Virus record (IMG/VR): IMGVR_UViG_3300029620_000021
Strand: one strand, 5' to 3'
Length of the DNA stretch: 36,199 nucleotides
DNA from: a virus
This document shows positions 1 to 9,009 of this stretch, piece by piece (the stretch's first letter is position 1; the number at the start of each line of letters is the position of its first letter). Under the pieces are notes generated by a model. It saw only the letters and a program-made list of their open reading frames with translations. It was not told where the DNA came from and did not search any database. The position numbers were made by a program, and so were the translations under genes.

Positions 1-99
1 GACGCGGAAGCGGACGTCACGGGTCAAGGGTGATCGCCTCCTCTCGGTTCGTGTGCGAGATGGTGAAGGAATAGCGGCGCATGAACTCGTCGCAGTTGC
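1..99. repeat. Terminal direct repeat, copy 1 (circularisation overlap)
   Basis: By-eye comparison shows identity to 36101-36199. It lies inside coding sequence, at the overlap of the Dit-like stop and the Tal-like start. Confidence 0.95.
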
Positions 100-2101
100 T
101 CTCGAGCGACGGGAGCGAGCCGATGGCCATGTTGCCGTAGCGGTCCTTGAGGCAGACGAGGCGGCCGACAAGGGCCTCCAGCGCGAGGGCGGCGGCCCGC
201 TGCGCGTGCGGCCAGGCGCAGGCGACGGACATGGCGCGGTCGCGCTGCTCGCTGCGCTCCTCGACAGGGTAGGCAAGGCCCGCCAGATGGACGGTCGAGA
301 CGCCGGCCGAGAAGCTGGTGCGGTTGGTGCGCAGCTGCGTTTCGGACAGGCGCATCTCGAGCCAGACGCCGGTCTCGAGGTCGCAGATCATGTTGGTCTC
401 GGGCAGGATCTCTACGGTATCCGAATTGGACACGCCGTAGTTATCGCTGTCGTCGTAGCAGCCGCGGACGCGGTAGGTGACGGAGCCGATGCTGGTGTGG
501 TCGATGTACTGCTTTTGGACGGTGCGGGCGATGGCCACGCCGTCCCGCTCGACGAGGTAAAAATCGTAGCTTCCGGCGGTCTGCCAGGTGAGCACGGCCT
601 CATGGCTGGCGGTGACGGTCAGGGTGATGGCCTCGCCCTCGGTGTGCGAGATGGGCAGCGCGGCTGCAGACCACTCGGACCACATGCCGTACTTGTTCTG
701 CACGCGGACGCGGACGGTGTAGCTGCCGTCGGCGAGGTAGACCGGCGAGCGCCATGCCTTCTCCGTGCCGTAGACCGTGCCGGAGGCATAGCCGCTCGAG
801 AGCGTCAGCTGATAGGCCTCCTGCTCAGAGGTCTGCCAGGTGATGCGCGGGCGCGGGCCGGTGGACTGGATCACGATGGACGGTGCGGACGGGGCGTTGA
901 TGGCGATAAACTCGGCCTTGTCGCTCCACGCCGAGGCCGTGCCGTCGGTGTTGTAGGTGCGCACGCGCCAGTATTTTGTTCCGCTTGTGAATTTGTTCGC
1001 CGGAACGTCGTAATACTGGTTTTCTCCTGTGACGGTCGTGAGGGTGTTCCACGTCGTACCGTCGGCAGACCATTGTAGATCAGCCTTGCTCTGCGGCGTG
1101 CCGGTGGAGATGATGTGCTTCCAGCTAAAGCGGTTGACGATGGTGGCGTCGATGACGATGCCGGATGGGGAAACAGGCTTGGCCGTCGGGGTGACGTCCG
1201 TGGTCGTGATCTCCTGCCATGCGGACGTTGTTGTCGTGCCGCTGTTCGCCGTCACCTTTACGCGCCACTCGATTGTCCCGGACGGGAATGTATTTGCTGG
1301 GACTGTGCAGGCGGTCGTCGCGCCGGAGACGCTGATCGTGTTTGAGGCGCTCGCATTTTTGACGCGCCACTCGAAAACAGCGGAGGTTTGTTTCACCTCT
1401 GCGAAGCAAACCTGCGTGGGATCTGTGTCATCCTCGGCGTCCCATGTAAATGTGTTTTTTTGCGTTCGATTTACGAATGCCCCTGCCGATGGCGATAAAT
1501 TGTCTGCTTTTATGCCGACATTATCATTCGAGTATTCACACGTCAGGAATGGCTTGCGTGTTGACTTTTCTCCGTAAAAAACAGCTTCGCTTGTTCCTGA
1601 TACAGCGCCACGAAACGCAACGACAAACCCGTTTTTTATCCCTTCTTTTACTTCTTCCTTCTTGCTCCTGTATTGTGCCAGATCAAAAACCGCGTTCAGC
1701 TGCACAATTTCGTTTAGCGCAGTCCACTCTCCATCTGCATGCTCTGAAATCCCGGTATATGTTTGGCTGACTTCCGGTCGCGTTGCATACGTTATCGTGC
1801 TCGTATCAAATTGGCTTTTCAACGCATTTACATACGTCCAGATTTGCTTGTACCCATTTCCGCTATCTTCTGTCGGCTGTGCGTAAAACGAAAGCGTTAC
1901 TTTGCTTACCCGCTTAAACTTGTATGCATCTCCCGGCACAGGGAATTTAATATATATGTTATCCCCTTGTTTGACGTTTCCTGCTTCCCCCGTAAACGGG
2001 TCCGCGAACAGCTTGTACTGCGTAAGATTTGAATAGTTTGTGTTCGGGTGGTTCTTCGCGACTGCTGTCGAGCCGCTTGCCTGCACTGTAAACGTCGGCA
2101 T
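17..2101 (-). CDS. Distal tail protein (Dit)-like, enlarged with N-terminal beta-sandwich and Ig/FN3-like repeats
   Basis: 694-aa ORF that starts directly after the tape-measure stop (TAA then ATG, 2099-2104). The C-terminal ~150 aa resemble the siphovirus tail (Dit) domain. The middle contains repeated ~90-aa units with W(R/Q)V and SAW motifs. Position between TMP and Tal supports the call. Confidence 0.6.
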   Translation of the reverse strand: MPTFTVQASGSTAVAKNHPNTNYSNLTQYKLFADPFTGEAGNVKQGDNIYIKFPVPGDAYKFKRVSKVTLSFYAQPTEDSGNGYKQIWTYVNALKSQFDTSTITYATRPEVSQTYTGISEHADGEWTALNEIVQLNAVFDLAQYRSKKEEVKEGIKNGFVVAFRGAVSGTSEAVFYGEKSTRKPFLTCEYSNDNVGIKADNLSPSAGAFVNRTQKNTFTWDAEDDTDPTQVCFAEVKQTSAVFEWRVKNASASNTISVSGATTACTVPANTFPSGTIEWRVKVTANSGTTTTSAWQEITTTDVTPTAKPVSPSGIVIDATIVNRFSWKHIISTGTPQSKADLQWSADGTTWNTLTTVTGENQYYDVPANKFTSGTKYWRVRTYNTDGTASAWSDKAEFIAINAPSAPSIVIQSTGPRPRITWQTSEQEAYQLTLSSGYASGTVYGTEKAWRSPVYLADGSYTVRVRVQNKYGMWSEWSAAALPISHTEGEAITLTVTASHEAVLTWQTAGSYDFYLVERDGVAIARTVQKQYIDHTSIGSVTYRVRGCYDDSDNYGVSNSDTVEILPETNMICDLETGVWLEMRLSETQLRTNRTSFSAGVSTVHLAGLAYPVEERSEQRDRAMSVACAWPHAQRAAALALEALVGRLVCLKDRYGNMAIGSLPSLESNCDEFMRRYSFTISHTNREEAITLDP

Positions 2102-4606
2102 TTACTTCGCCCCCATTCTGGTTGTGATGCGTGCGTTTTTGGCGATGCGGAGGATGGTGTCGAGGTCTTCGACGTGGTCGACGTAGACGGTGGTGTTATA
2201 GGTGTCGCCGGAGGTGTAGCGGGTCTCGCTGGCCGTCTGGATGCGGGAGCCGGAGGGGAGATAGATCCGCTCAAGGCCGTTCTCGTTAACCCGCGTCCAG
2301 CCGCCCGCCCAGTTGTCCGTGCCGGCGGCGTTGCCGCGCAGCTTTTTGAGATATTCCTGCACCCACAAATCCTGCGACTTGCCGAGGATGGAGTTGTCTC
2401 CCGCTCGCACGAGCGCTTCATACTGCGCGTTGGCGTAGGCCTCCATATTGCCGTAGGCTTTGCCGGTGTCGGTGTCGAAGTAGCTGCCGTAGCCGTTCGC
2501 AGCGGTCGCGCGGTTCGTATCCTGCTGCATCCACTTGGTATTGAGCTTCTGTACATTCGACATCTGGCCCTTGCCGTAATTCAGGCCGAGCGCCGTTCCG
2601 ACCTTGTTAAAATCGAGCGACAGCAGGCCGGATACAAAGTCCCCTGCGTCCGCGATGGCTGCCATAATCTCTGCAAGTGGCCGCAGCGCTCTTGTCAGCG
2701 CCGGGACCTTATCGTTGGACAGGGTATCCATCGGCGCGATGATATCGCCCGCCGTTTCGAGCAGCATGCCGAAGGCGTCGACAAGCCCGGACTGCTGCAG
2801 AGTGCTGCCGATCGTCTTGATCCCGCTGGTGAGGTCGCCGTAGAATTCTTCCAAATATGGCGCGAACTCTGCGGCCAGCTGATTCTTGACGCCCTCCTGC
2901 GTATTTTGCAGGCGAGAATAGGCGTCGTCGACGCCCTGCAGGGATTTGAGCGCGTCGTTGTCAAGGACATAGCCCATATCATGCGCTTCCTGCGCGTAAG
3001 CCCGCATTTTCTCGCCGCCGAGGTCGATGAGCGGATTGAGCTCCTGCGCGGACTCAGACATGAGGTCCATGGCCAGCGCGTCCCGCTCGGTCTGGTTTTT
3101 GATCTCACCGAGCGCGTCGATGGTGTCGTAAAAGACGTCCTGCGCGCTGCGGAGGCTGCCGTCGGCGTTGGTGATCTCTACGCCCAGACGCTGGTACGCA
3201 TCATAGGCGTCGCCGGTGCCCGCTGCGGCCTCCTGCATTTTGTTGGTGGTCTCCTTGAGGCTGTCCTTGATGCGGTCCATGGAGACGTCCGTGAGGTCCG
3301 CCATGTAATTGAGCTCCTGCACGGAGTCGGTCGTCATGCCGGTCACGGAGGCGAGCGTGAGCAGATCGTCTGCATTCGAGGCTGCTTCCTTCGTCATGGA
3401 GATCAGCGCCTTTTCCGCCTTGACGATGGCCGTCGCGACGGCGGCAAAGCCGCCCGCTAGCGCCAGCGACGAGGCGTCCAGACTTCCCATGGCGTTCATG
3501 GACTGCTTCATGCTGTCCGGCAGCTGGATGCCAAGCTTGGACGTCAGGCCGTTCACCACGTCACCGAGGTTTCCCATCTCCTTGCCGGATTCGGCAATCT
3601 TCTGCTTGTTCTCATCAAACTGGTTGTTGAGGTTGTTCAGCTCGGCCTCGGCGTTGTTGAGCTGCGCCTGCCAGTCTTTTGTCCGCTCGTCGTAATCCCC
3701 GTATTGGGCTACGGATTCCTTTAGCTTCTCTGTCAGGAGTTCAACATTGCTTTTCTGGACACCAATCTTCTGACTCAGAACCTCATTTTTCGCGCTCAGC
3801 GCCTCCACGCTGTCCCCGTTTTTCGAATACTCCGAATTCAACAGGGTCATTTGGGAATCTAGCACTTTCATTTCTGCTGCGAGCTGCTTGTTCGATTCCG
3901 CGTAGGTGTCGCCGGATTCCTTGATTTTCCTGTTGTTCTCGTCTACCTGATTGTTGAGGCTGTAAAGCTCGGCTTCGGCGTTTTCAAGCGCCTTTTGCCA
4001 GCGGCTTGTTTCCACCGCTCCGAACCCATACTGTTCCGCAGCCTTGTCTACAGCCTTGCTCAGCGTATCGATTTTTTCATTTTGCAGGAAGATTTTTCTC
4101 GTTAAAAGATCGCTTTTGGCTGACAGCAGTTCCTCGGCGTTCGCATTATCTGCGTACTTTGTCGTCAGCTTCTGCATTTCAGCATCCAGCACATCCATGC
4201 TTGCGCTGAGCTTCTCGATGTTCTCCCTGTATTTGCGTTCCTGCTCCCCATTCATGCGCTTTTCGTTTTCGCGCATTTGGTTGTTCAGGGCGTTCAGCTT
4301 CGCGGTAGCATTTTGCAGGCTGGCTTGCCAATTCAGGGCGGCCTTGCTGGATTCACCCGTTCTTTCTACGGCGCTTTTGAGAGCTTCCTGCATGTAGCGT
4401 ATCTTCTCTGTCTGCGAGTAGATCTGCCGCTGCAGGATGTCATTTTGTTTGCTCAACAGCTTCGCGCTATCCGCATTTTTCCCGTAGGCAGAGGTAACCT
4501 TCCGCATTTCGGCGTCCAGGACTCGCATGCCGTCTCCGATTTTGGAGATTGCCTCTTTGTATTCTTTTTCGCCCGAAAGCGTAAATCTTGTGTTGATATT
4601 TGGCAT
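2102..4606 (-). CDS. Tail tape measure protein
   Basis: 834-aa ORF after the G/G-T chaperone pair. The N-terminus is a coiled coil with three ~100-aa repeats, followed by a Gly/Ala-rich hydrophobic segment (LALAGGFAAVATAIV). Position is canonical. Confidence 0.92.
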   Translation of the reverse strand: MPNINTRFTLSGEKEYKEAISKIGDGMRVLDAEMRKVTSAYGKNADSAKLLSKQNDILQRQIYSQTEKIRYMQEALKSAVERTGESSKAALNWQASLQNATAKLNALNNQMRENEKRMNGEQERKYRENIEKLSASMDVLDAEMQKLTTKYADNANAEELLSAKSDLLTRKIFLQNEKIDTLSKAVDKAAEQYGFGAVETSRWQKALENAEAELYSLNNQVDENNRKIKESGDTYAESNKQLAAEMKVLDSQMTLLNSEYSKNGDSVEALSAKNEVLSQKIGVQKSNVELLTEKLKESVAQYGDYDERTKDWQAQLNNAEAELNNLNNQFDENKQKIAESGKEMGNLGDVVNGLTSKLGIQLPDSMKQSMNAMGSLDASSLALAGGFAAVATAIVKAEKALISMTKEAASNADDLLTLASVTGMTTDSVQELNYMADLTDVSMDRIKDSLKETTNKMQEAAAGTGDAYDAYQRLGVEITNADGSLRSAQDVFYDTIDALGEIKNQTERDALAMDLMSESAQELNPLIDLGGEKMRAYAQEAHDMGYVLDNDALKSLQGVDDAYSRLQNTQEGVKNQLAAEFAPYLEEFYGDLTSGIKTIGSTLQQSGLVDAFGMLLETAGDIIAPMDTLSNDKVPALTRALRPLAEIMAAIADAGDFVSGLLSLDFNKVGTALGLNYGKGQMSNVQKLNTKWMQQDTNRATAANGYGSYFDTDTGKAYGNMEAYANAQYEALVRAGDNSILGKSQDLWVQEYLKKLRGNAAGTDNWAGGWTRVNENGLERIYLPSGSRIQTASETRYTSGDTYNTTVYVDHVEDLDTILRIAKNARITTRMGAK

Positions 4607-4607
4607 A

Positions 4608-5185
4608 TTACGTGCCTCCGTTTATGTAGGCCGAGAGGCTCTGCGGCGCTTCCGGCTTTTTTGGCGGCTCCAGCGCGTCCAGCAGGAGCGTCAGGCGGTG
4701 CGGGCTCATGGTCTTCCAGAAATCCCGTTCCGGCAGGCGCAGCCGGAACAGCCACATGGCGAGGAAGCCGGGGAAATCAAAGCCCAGCTGCTTCGGTTTC
4801 CCCGGCGGTGTCAGTTTTTTTCGTCTTCCGACGTTTTTTCACCGAGTTCTTCCTCCGGCGGCTCGACTGCAGCCTGAATCAGCTGGTAGATCCGCGTCCC
4901 GGCCTCGAGCGTCTGGTTCATGGTGAGCTTCCGGCCCAGCTGCTTGCTGGTAAAGCGCAGCGGAAGGCCGTTTTCGTCGGTGATGCCCTGCGTGTCTGCG
5001 GCATCGGTCAGCATGGCGGCCAGGAAGGCCAGCGTGCTTTTGAGGCCGTGCACCGTATTCAGCGCGCGCAGCAGATTTCCGTCGTATTCGTCCTGCACGT
5101 CGGCAAGGACGTTCATGTTGCAGGAGAGCCGGTAGACCCGGCCCTCAAGTTCATAGTCGACGGTGTTGAGCTTGGTCGTCTCCAT
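4608..5185 (-). CDS. Tail assembly chaperone, -1 frameshift fusion product (gpGT-like)
   Basis: The -1 frame from the A7 run is open for ~70 codons (KKLTPPGKPKQLGFDFPGFLAMWLFRLRLPERDFWKTMSPHRLTLLLDALEPP...GGT*). It stops at 4608-4610, one nt before the TMP ATG. Confidence 0.8.
4811..5185 (-). CDS. Tail assembly chaperone (gpG-like)
   Basis: 124-aa acidic ORF between the major tail protein and TMP. It ends in the slippery run GAA AAA AAC TGA. Confidence 0.85.
   Translation of the reverse strand: METTKLNTVDYELEGRVYRLSCNMNVLADVQDEYDGNLLRALNTVHGLKSTLAFLAAMLTDAADTQGITDENGLPLRFTSKQLGRKLTMNQTLEAGTRIYQLIQAAVEPPEEELGEKTSEDEKN
4814..4822 (-). promoter_or_regulatory. Programmed -1 ribosomal frameshift slippery site (A AAA AAC)
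   Basis: Seven consecutive T on the plus strand (4815-4821) sit immediately before the chaperone stop codon. An open -1 frame follows downstream. Confidence 0.75.
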
Positions 5186-5745
5186 CAGGTCTCACCCAGC
5201 TTTCCCTTGATCCAGGCAACGGCCTCCGCCGCGGTGTCGACGGTCTCGGTCTCGAGCAGCAGCTCGTCGGCGGAATCGTCCGCGAGGAATTCGCCTGTCG
5301 TGGTCGGCGTGTTGAACTGGATGTTCTCGCCCTTGGTCTTGTAGGACAGCGAGGGCGGGCCGAACAGCGCTTTCGGCACCCAGACGCAGGTGTATTTTGT
5401 CACGCCGTCGATCTTATCCGGCGCGTAAAAGCCGACGCCGACATAGTTTGCGATGTCTTTTGCCGAGAATTTCAGACTTTCCTTGCCCGTATCGGATGTG
5501 CAGCCGTAGAGCATCGCCTGTGCGGCCCTTTTGATGTACTTGACAGCCAGCGAGATCGTGCCGCCGGTGGCAAGCTTGATATACTCGGCAAGCTTGGATT
5601 CCGCGTACAGGCGGCCCTCGGCGAACTTGAGTTCCAGATGCACGTCCATGGCGTCGCCGACGTCGGTCGGCTCTGTGTAGGTCACGGTGCCGGACGTGTT
5701 TTTATACTTTCCCGCCCGGATTCCGCGTAAGTCAAAACTAGGCAT
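5185..5745 (-). CDS. Major tail protein (phi13-type)
   Basis: 186-aa ORF directly upstream of the chaperone pair. Sequence looks like Firmicutes siphovirus major tail proteins. No sheath gene is present. Confidence 0.85.
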   Translation of the reverse strand: MPSFDLRGIRAGKYKNTSGTVTYTEPTDVGDAMDVHLELKFAEGRLYAESKLAEYIKLATGGTISLAVKYIKRAAQAMLYGCTSDTGKESLKFSAKDIANYVGVGFYAPDKIDGVTKYTCVWVPKALFGPPSLSYKTKGENIQFNTPTTTGEFLADDSADELLLETETVDTAAEAVAWIKGKLGET

Positions 5746-6177
5746 TTATAATAGGCCCCTTTCTTTCAGCTTTTGTGTAAGGATCTTTTCGAGCTCCGCG
5801 TTTACGCGCTTCTGCGCGTTCCTGACGCCCTTTGTCCAAAAATAAGTTCCTGTGATCTGCCCGTGCTCCTTCGCGCGGCCGTAATTCAAAACAAAAAGCA
5901 CGGTCGCCCTGCGCGTTCCGTGCTCGTTTTTGCCGACTGCGGTGATGGAGATGTACGGGTCTCCGTTTTTGTCGCGTTTGATGGTTTTGCGGTATTTCAC
6001 GCTGGATGCATATGCCTCGGTCTGAAACCCGCTCGCCTTTACCATTTTTTGCAGTTCCTCGACGATGATATCCCCGGCGGCGTACAGGAGCTCCTGCTGC
6101 ATGTCCTCATCAAAAACATTCGCTTTCTGGAGCGTGGCCATGAGCTCGTCGACACCGGTGATGGAGATGTTAGCCAT
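5746..6177 (-). CDS. HK97 gp10-like neck/tail-terminator family protein
   Basis: 143 aa. The N-terminus MANISITGVDELMATLQK... and the pattern ...NYG...HG... fit my recollection of the HK97-gp10 family. Position is just before the major tail protein. Confidence 0.75.
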   Translation of the reverse strand: MANISITGVDELMATLQKANVFDEDMQQELLYAAGDIIVEELQKMVKASGFQTEAYASSVKYRKTIKRDKNGDPYISITAVGKNEHGTRRATVLFVLNYGRAKEHGQITGTYFWTKGVRNAQKRVNAELEKILTQKLKERGLL

Positions 6178-6493
6178 AGGCTGCTCCCTCCGTCTCGGCG
6201 ATGAGTGCGATCTGCGTGCGGCCCGTCTCCTTGTCGTAGGTTTCCATGTCGACGGTCGCGATGTAGCCTGCTGCCTCCAGCGCGGCTTTTACGCGCTTTA
6301 AAAGCCCGGCGGCAAAGCCATCGGCAAAGATGGAAACGGCGTACTGCACGCCGGTCTCGGCCTCGCCGCCCTCGGCGTAGAGCTGCCCGGACTGGCCGAG
6401 CAGCTGATAGGTGATGTAGGTTTCTTCTCCGCCCTTGTATGGCGGGTGGCAGACCGGGACGCCCAGGTCTGCCAGCGCCTCATAGATCATCAT
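6170..6493 (-). CDS. Neck / tail-completion protein (unassigned family)
   Basis: 107-aa ORF overlapping both neighbours by a few nt, within the head-tail joining block. Confidence 0.7.
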   Translation of the reverse strand: MMIYEALADLGVPVCHPPYKGGEETYITYQLLGQSGQLYAEGGEAETGVQYAVSIFADGFAAGLLKRVKAALEAAGYIATVDMETYDKETGRTQIALIAETEGAAYG

Positions 6494-6792
6494 GCGCCGT
6501 CCCTCCGTTTGCAGGTCAGCTCTACCTCTTCCGTCTCCGCGCCGTAGCTGCGGACAACGTCAAAGACGTCGGAGCCGCAGACGAGCTGCTGCTCGCCGCC
6601 GTACTCCGCGCTGTGCATGCGGAAAATTGCGTCCGTGCGCTTGCCGGCTTGCGCGGCCTGGTAATACTCGGCGCGGTTGACTGACTTGCGAGCGGCCCAG
6701 ACGGTGGTCTCGCGTTCGAGCTTTTCGGTGGTCTGCCCGCTCACGATGGGGTAGGACAGCAGGCGCAGCGTGATCTGCGTGTCAAAGATCAC
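6490..6792 (-). CDS. Head closure / head-tail adaptor protein
   Basis: A GTG start at 6792 overlaps the stop of the upstream connector gene (GTGATCTTTGA). 100 aa (VIFDTQITLRLL...). The longer 178-aa version in the track is Arg-rich and out of context. Confidence 0.7.
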   Translation of the reverse strand: MIFDTQITLRLLSYPIVSGQTTEKLERETTVWAARKSVNRAEYYQAAQAGKRTDAIFRMHSAEYGGEQQLVCGSDVFDVVRSYGAETEEVELTCKRRDGA

Positions 6793-7078
6793 AGCACGCG
6801 CCCCCTCCCTCGGCGCCCGGCGAATAGTCGTCGGACAGGCCCATCGCGTCGCGCAGCTCCTCAAAGCACGTCTTCCATTCGTCGCCGCGGCCGCAGAAGT
6901 CATGCTGCCAGCGGACGAAGGCTCGGACGGCGTCTTTGACCAGCGGGTCTTCGTCCGCCCCCTCCGCGCCCGCAAGGTGCAGGCGCAGGAGGCAGGCGTC
7001 GATCTCGTCGGCGAGCTCGTCGTCAAGGGCGTTTGTGGTCAGCCGCAGGGCGGTTTTTGCAACGTTGATCAAAGCCAT
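6782..7078 (-). CDS. Head-tail connector (gp6-like DNA packaging protein)
   Basis: 98 aa, first gene after the major capsid protein. It has the acidic helical pattern typical of this family. Confidence 0.75.
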   Translation of the reverse strand: MALINVAKTALRLTTNALDDELADEIDACLLRLHLAGAEGADEDPLVKDAVRAFVRWQHDFCGRGDEWKTCFEELRDAMGLSDDYSPGAEGGGACCDL

Positions 7079-7108
7079 TGGTTATCCCTCCCTGTTGGCC
7101 GCGCGCCG

Positions 7109-8317
7109 TCAGGCCTTCTTCTTGGTCAGCGTGACGAGGCTGTTGACGTCGGCGCACGCGCCGTCGGCGATCTCGATGGCCTTTGTGACCTCGTCGTCGG
7201 TGTCCTCGTCGGTGTAGCGCTTTACCGTCATGCCCATGTTCTCGTTCCAGAGGTAGTACGCCGGATCGAACATAAAGGCGAAGACGGTGTCGGCCGTGAC
7301 CGGCGCCGCAAAGGCCGGCAGGTAGTCGCCGGTCAGGATGACCTCGCGGCCAAGGATGTAGTTGACGGGCTTGCCGTTGATGCCGTAGTTGACGCGCGCG
7401 ACGGGCTGGCCGTTGCTGTCGACCATGCCTACGATCTGCGTCTCAAATGTCTTCTTGGACATGAACCAGACCGCGCCGTCATATGCCTGCGGCAGCGCAG
7501 CTTCGGCCTTGCACAGATCCTTGTAGGTCAGAGCAGTTGTCGCGGCGGCAATGTCGATGTTCTGGCCGGTCGGGGCGGTCTCCGCAAGGATTCCCTTCGG
7601 CTGGCCGGAACCGGTGCCGTTGATGATGGCCTGCTCCTTTGCCTTTACCATCGCATTTGCGACGTTCCGGACAAACTGTGCCTCGAACATCGGGTACGCC
7701 ATGATAGAAACTTCCAGCGACATGGAGATCGCGCAGCGCAGCTTGTGGTACGCAAAGACGATCTTGCCGGTCGAAGTCTTCTGTTTGTCGGAGCCCTCAC
7801 CCTCGGCGACCCAGGAGGCCGTCGGCTTGGCCGAGCTGGTCGGGACCTGGACGCCGCCCGCGTAGGACGTGTGTGTTACGCGCGGCAGGATCATGCCGAT
7901 GGCTTCCATCTTCTCGTAGATCTTCTGGATCGTCGTGGTCGGGATGACGCTGCCGACGTCGGTTGTCTTGGTGTTGGCGTCCACATTGGTCAGCTCTGCC
8001 GGGATCTTCTTGCCGGTCAGGACGTAGTTCATGAAGGCCCGCTTGTACTCGTCGGTGTCGTACCGGTCGAGCACGTCCGGAGTCTTTGCCGTGCCGGACA
8101 GGTCGACGGACTGCGCTGCCGCAGCCGGGGCCGCGACCTTCTGGCCCGCAAGCGCGTTGAGGTTCGCCTGGATCTTGGCTTCCTCCTCAAACTTGGCGTC
8201 GAGGGTCTCGACTTCCTTCATCTTGGCCTGCGCCTCTGCGGTCTTGCCTTCGTCCAGCAGCTTCTGGGCGTCGTCCATGAGCTTCTGGCGCTGGATGTTG
8301 TAAAATTCCTTTGTCAT
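7109..8317 (-). CDS. Major capsid protein, HK97 fold, with N-terminal delta/scaffold domain
   Basis: 402 aa with a coiled-coil N-terminus (KEFYNIQRQKLMDDAQKLLDEGKTAEAQAKMKEVETLDAKFEEEAK). It follows the ClpP-like protease. Confidence 0.93.
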   Translation of the reverse strand: MTKEFYNIQRQKLMDDAQKLLDEGKTAEAQAKMKEVETLDAKFEEEAKIQANLNALAGQKVAAPAAAAQSVDLSGTAKTPDVLDRYDTDEYKRAFMNYVLTGKKIPAELTNVDANTKTTDVGSVIPTTTIQKIYEKMEAIGMILPRVTHTSYAGGVQVPTSSAKPTASWVAEGEGSDKQKTSTGKIVFAYHKLRCAISMSLEVSIMAYPMFEAQFVRNVANAMVKAKEQAIINGTGSGQPKGILAETAPTGQNIDIAAATTALTYKDLCKAEAALPQAYDGAVWFMSKKTFETQIVGMVDSNGQPVARVNYGINGKPVNYILGREVILTGDYLPAFAAPVTADTVFAFMFDPAYYLWNENMGMTVKRYTDEDTDDEVTKAIEIADGACADVNSLVTLTKKKA

Positions 8318-9009
8318 TTCAATTCTCCTTTGAGTTTTAAAAATTTCAGTTTTGCTTCTGCCTGCGCCCGTTCGGGCATAAAAAAATCAGGCTCTGCGGC
8401 CTGACCTTTTAAAAAGTTTTCCGCGCGCCGGAGCGCGTCTTCGCTGAGCATGCCGGAATAAAAATCCGCTGCCAGCGGCTTCTGGCCGGTATCCGGCTGC
8501 ATCACGCGGTCAACGAGTCCGAGTTCTACGGCCCGCTCCGCTGTGATCCACGTTTCTGCGTCCATCATGGCGGCGATCTCCGCCTCCGGCCTGCCGGTTT
8601 TTGCGACGTAGGCCGAGATAATGGCGTGGTTGGCGTCGCGCAGGACACCGGCGGTGTGCTCCATCTGGCGGTAGTCGCCGTCGGCGCTGGACTGTACGTT
8701 GTGGATCATCATCATGCCGGTCGGCGTCATTTCCGACTCGTCCGCCATGGCGATGATGGACGCGGCCGAGGCCGCAAGGCCGACGATGCGGATGTGGACG
8801 CCGCCCGCGTAGTTGCGCAGTGCGGTATAGATCTCGCTCGCGGCGAAGATCTCGCCGCCGCCGGAATTGATCTCGACCTCTGCCCGCTCACCGTTTCCGG
8901 ATGCAAGCGCGTCGGCTACGGATTTAGGGCTCGTCGCCTCCATGCCGTACCACTGATAAAAGCGGTGCTGGTTGCTGGACACGATGGGCCCGCGAATGCT
9001 GATCTTCAT
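8314..9009 (-). CDS. Prohead maturation protease, ClpP/S14 family
   Basis: 231 aa with ClpP-like motifs GLAASAASIIAMA (Ser) and MMMIHN (His). It lies between portal and capsid. Confidence 0.92.
   Translation of the reverse strand: MKISIRGPIVSSNQHRFYQWYGMEATSPKSVADALASGNGERAEVEINSGGGEIFAASEIYTALRNYAGGVHIRIVGLAASAASIIAMADESEMTPTGMMMIHNVQSSADGDYRQMEHTAGVLRDANHAIISAYVAKTGRPEAEIAAMMDAETWITAERAVELGLVDRVMQPDTGQKPLAADFYSGMLSEDALRRAENFLKGQAAEPDFFMPERAQAEAKLKFLKLKGELK

Noticed and set aside
1-99. The 99-nt terminal repeat as genuine direct terminal repeats of the virion DNA.
   Set aside because: The repeat lies within a coding gene overlap, and its length is typical of an assembler k-mer overlap. I interpret it as circular closure.
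53-1078. Long plus-strand ORF (341 aa) antisense to the Dit-like gene. Similar long antisense ORFs occur at 2048-3460, 6770-8404, 9351-10397, 10651-11586, 23727-25577, 26554-27318, 28497-29279, 32990-33856 and 35108-36133.
   Set aside because: All are Arg/Gly/Ala/Val/Asp-rich low-complexity translations lying opposite ORFs with clear phage-protein character. These are typical shadow ORFs of GC-rich DNA, with no RBS or operon logic.
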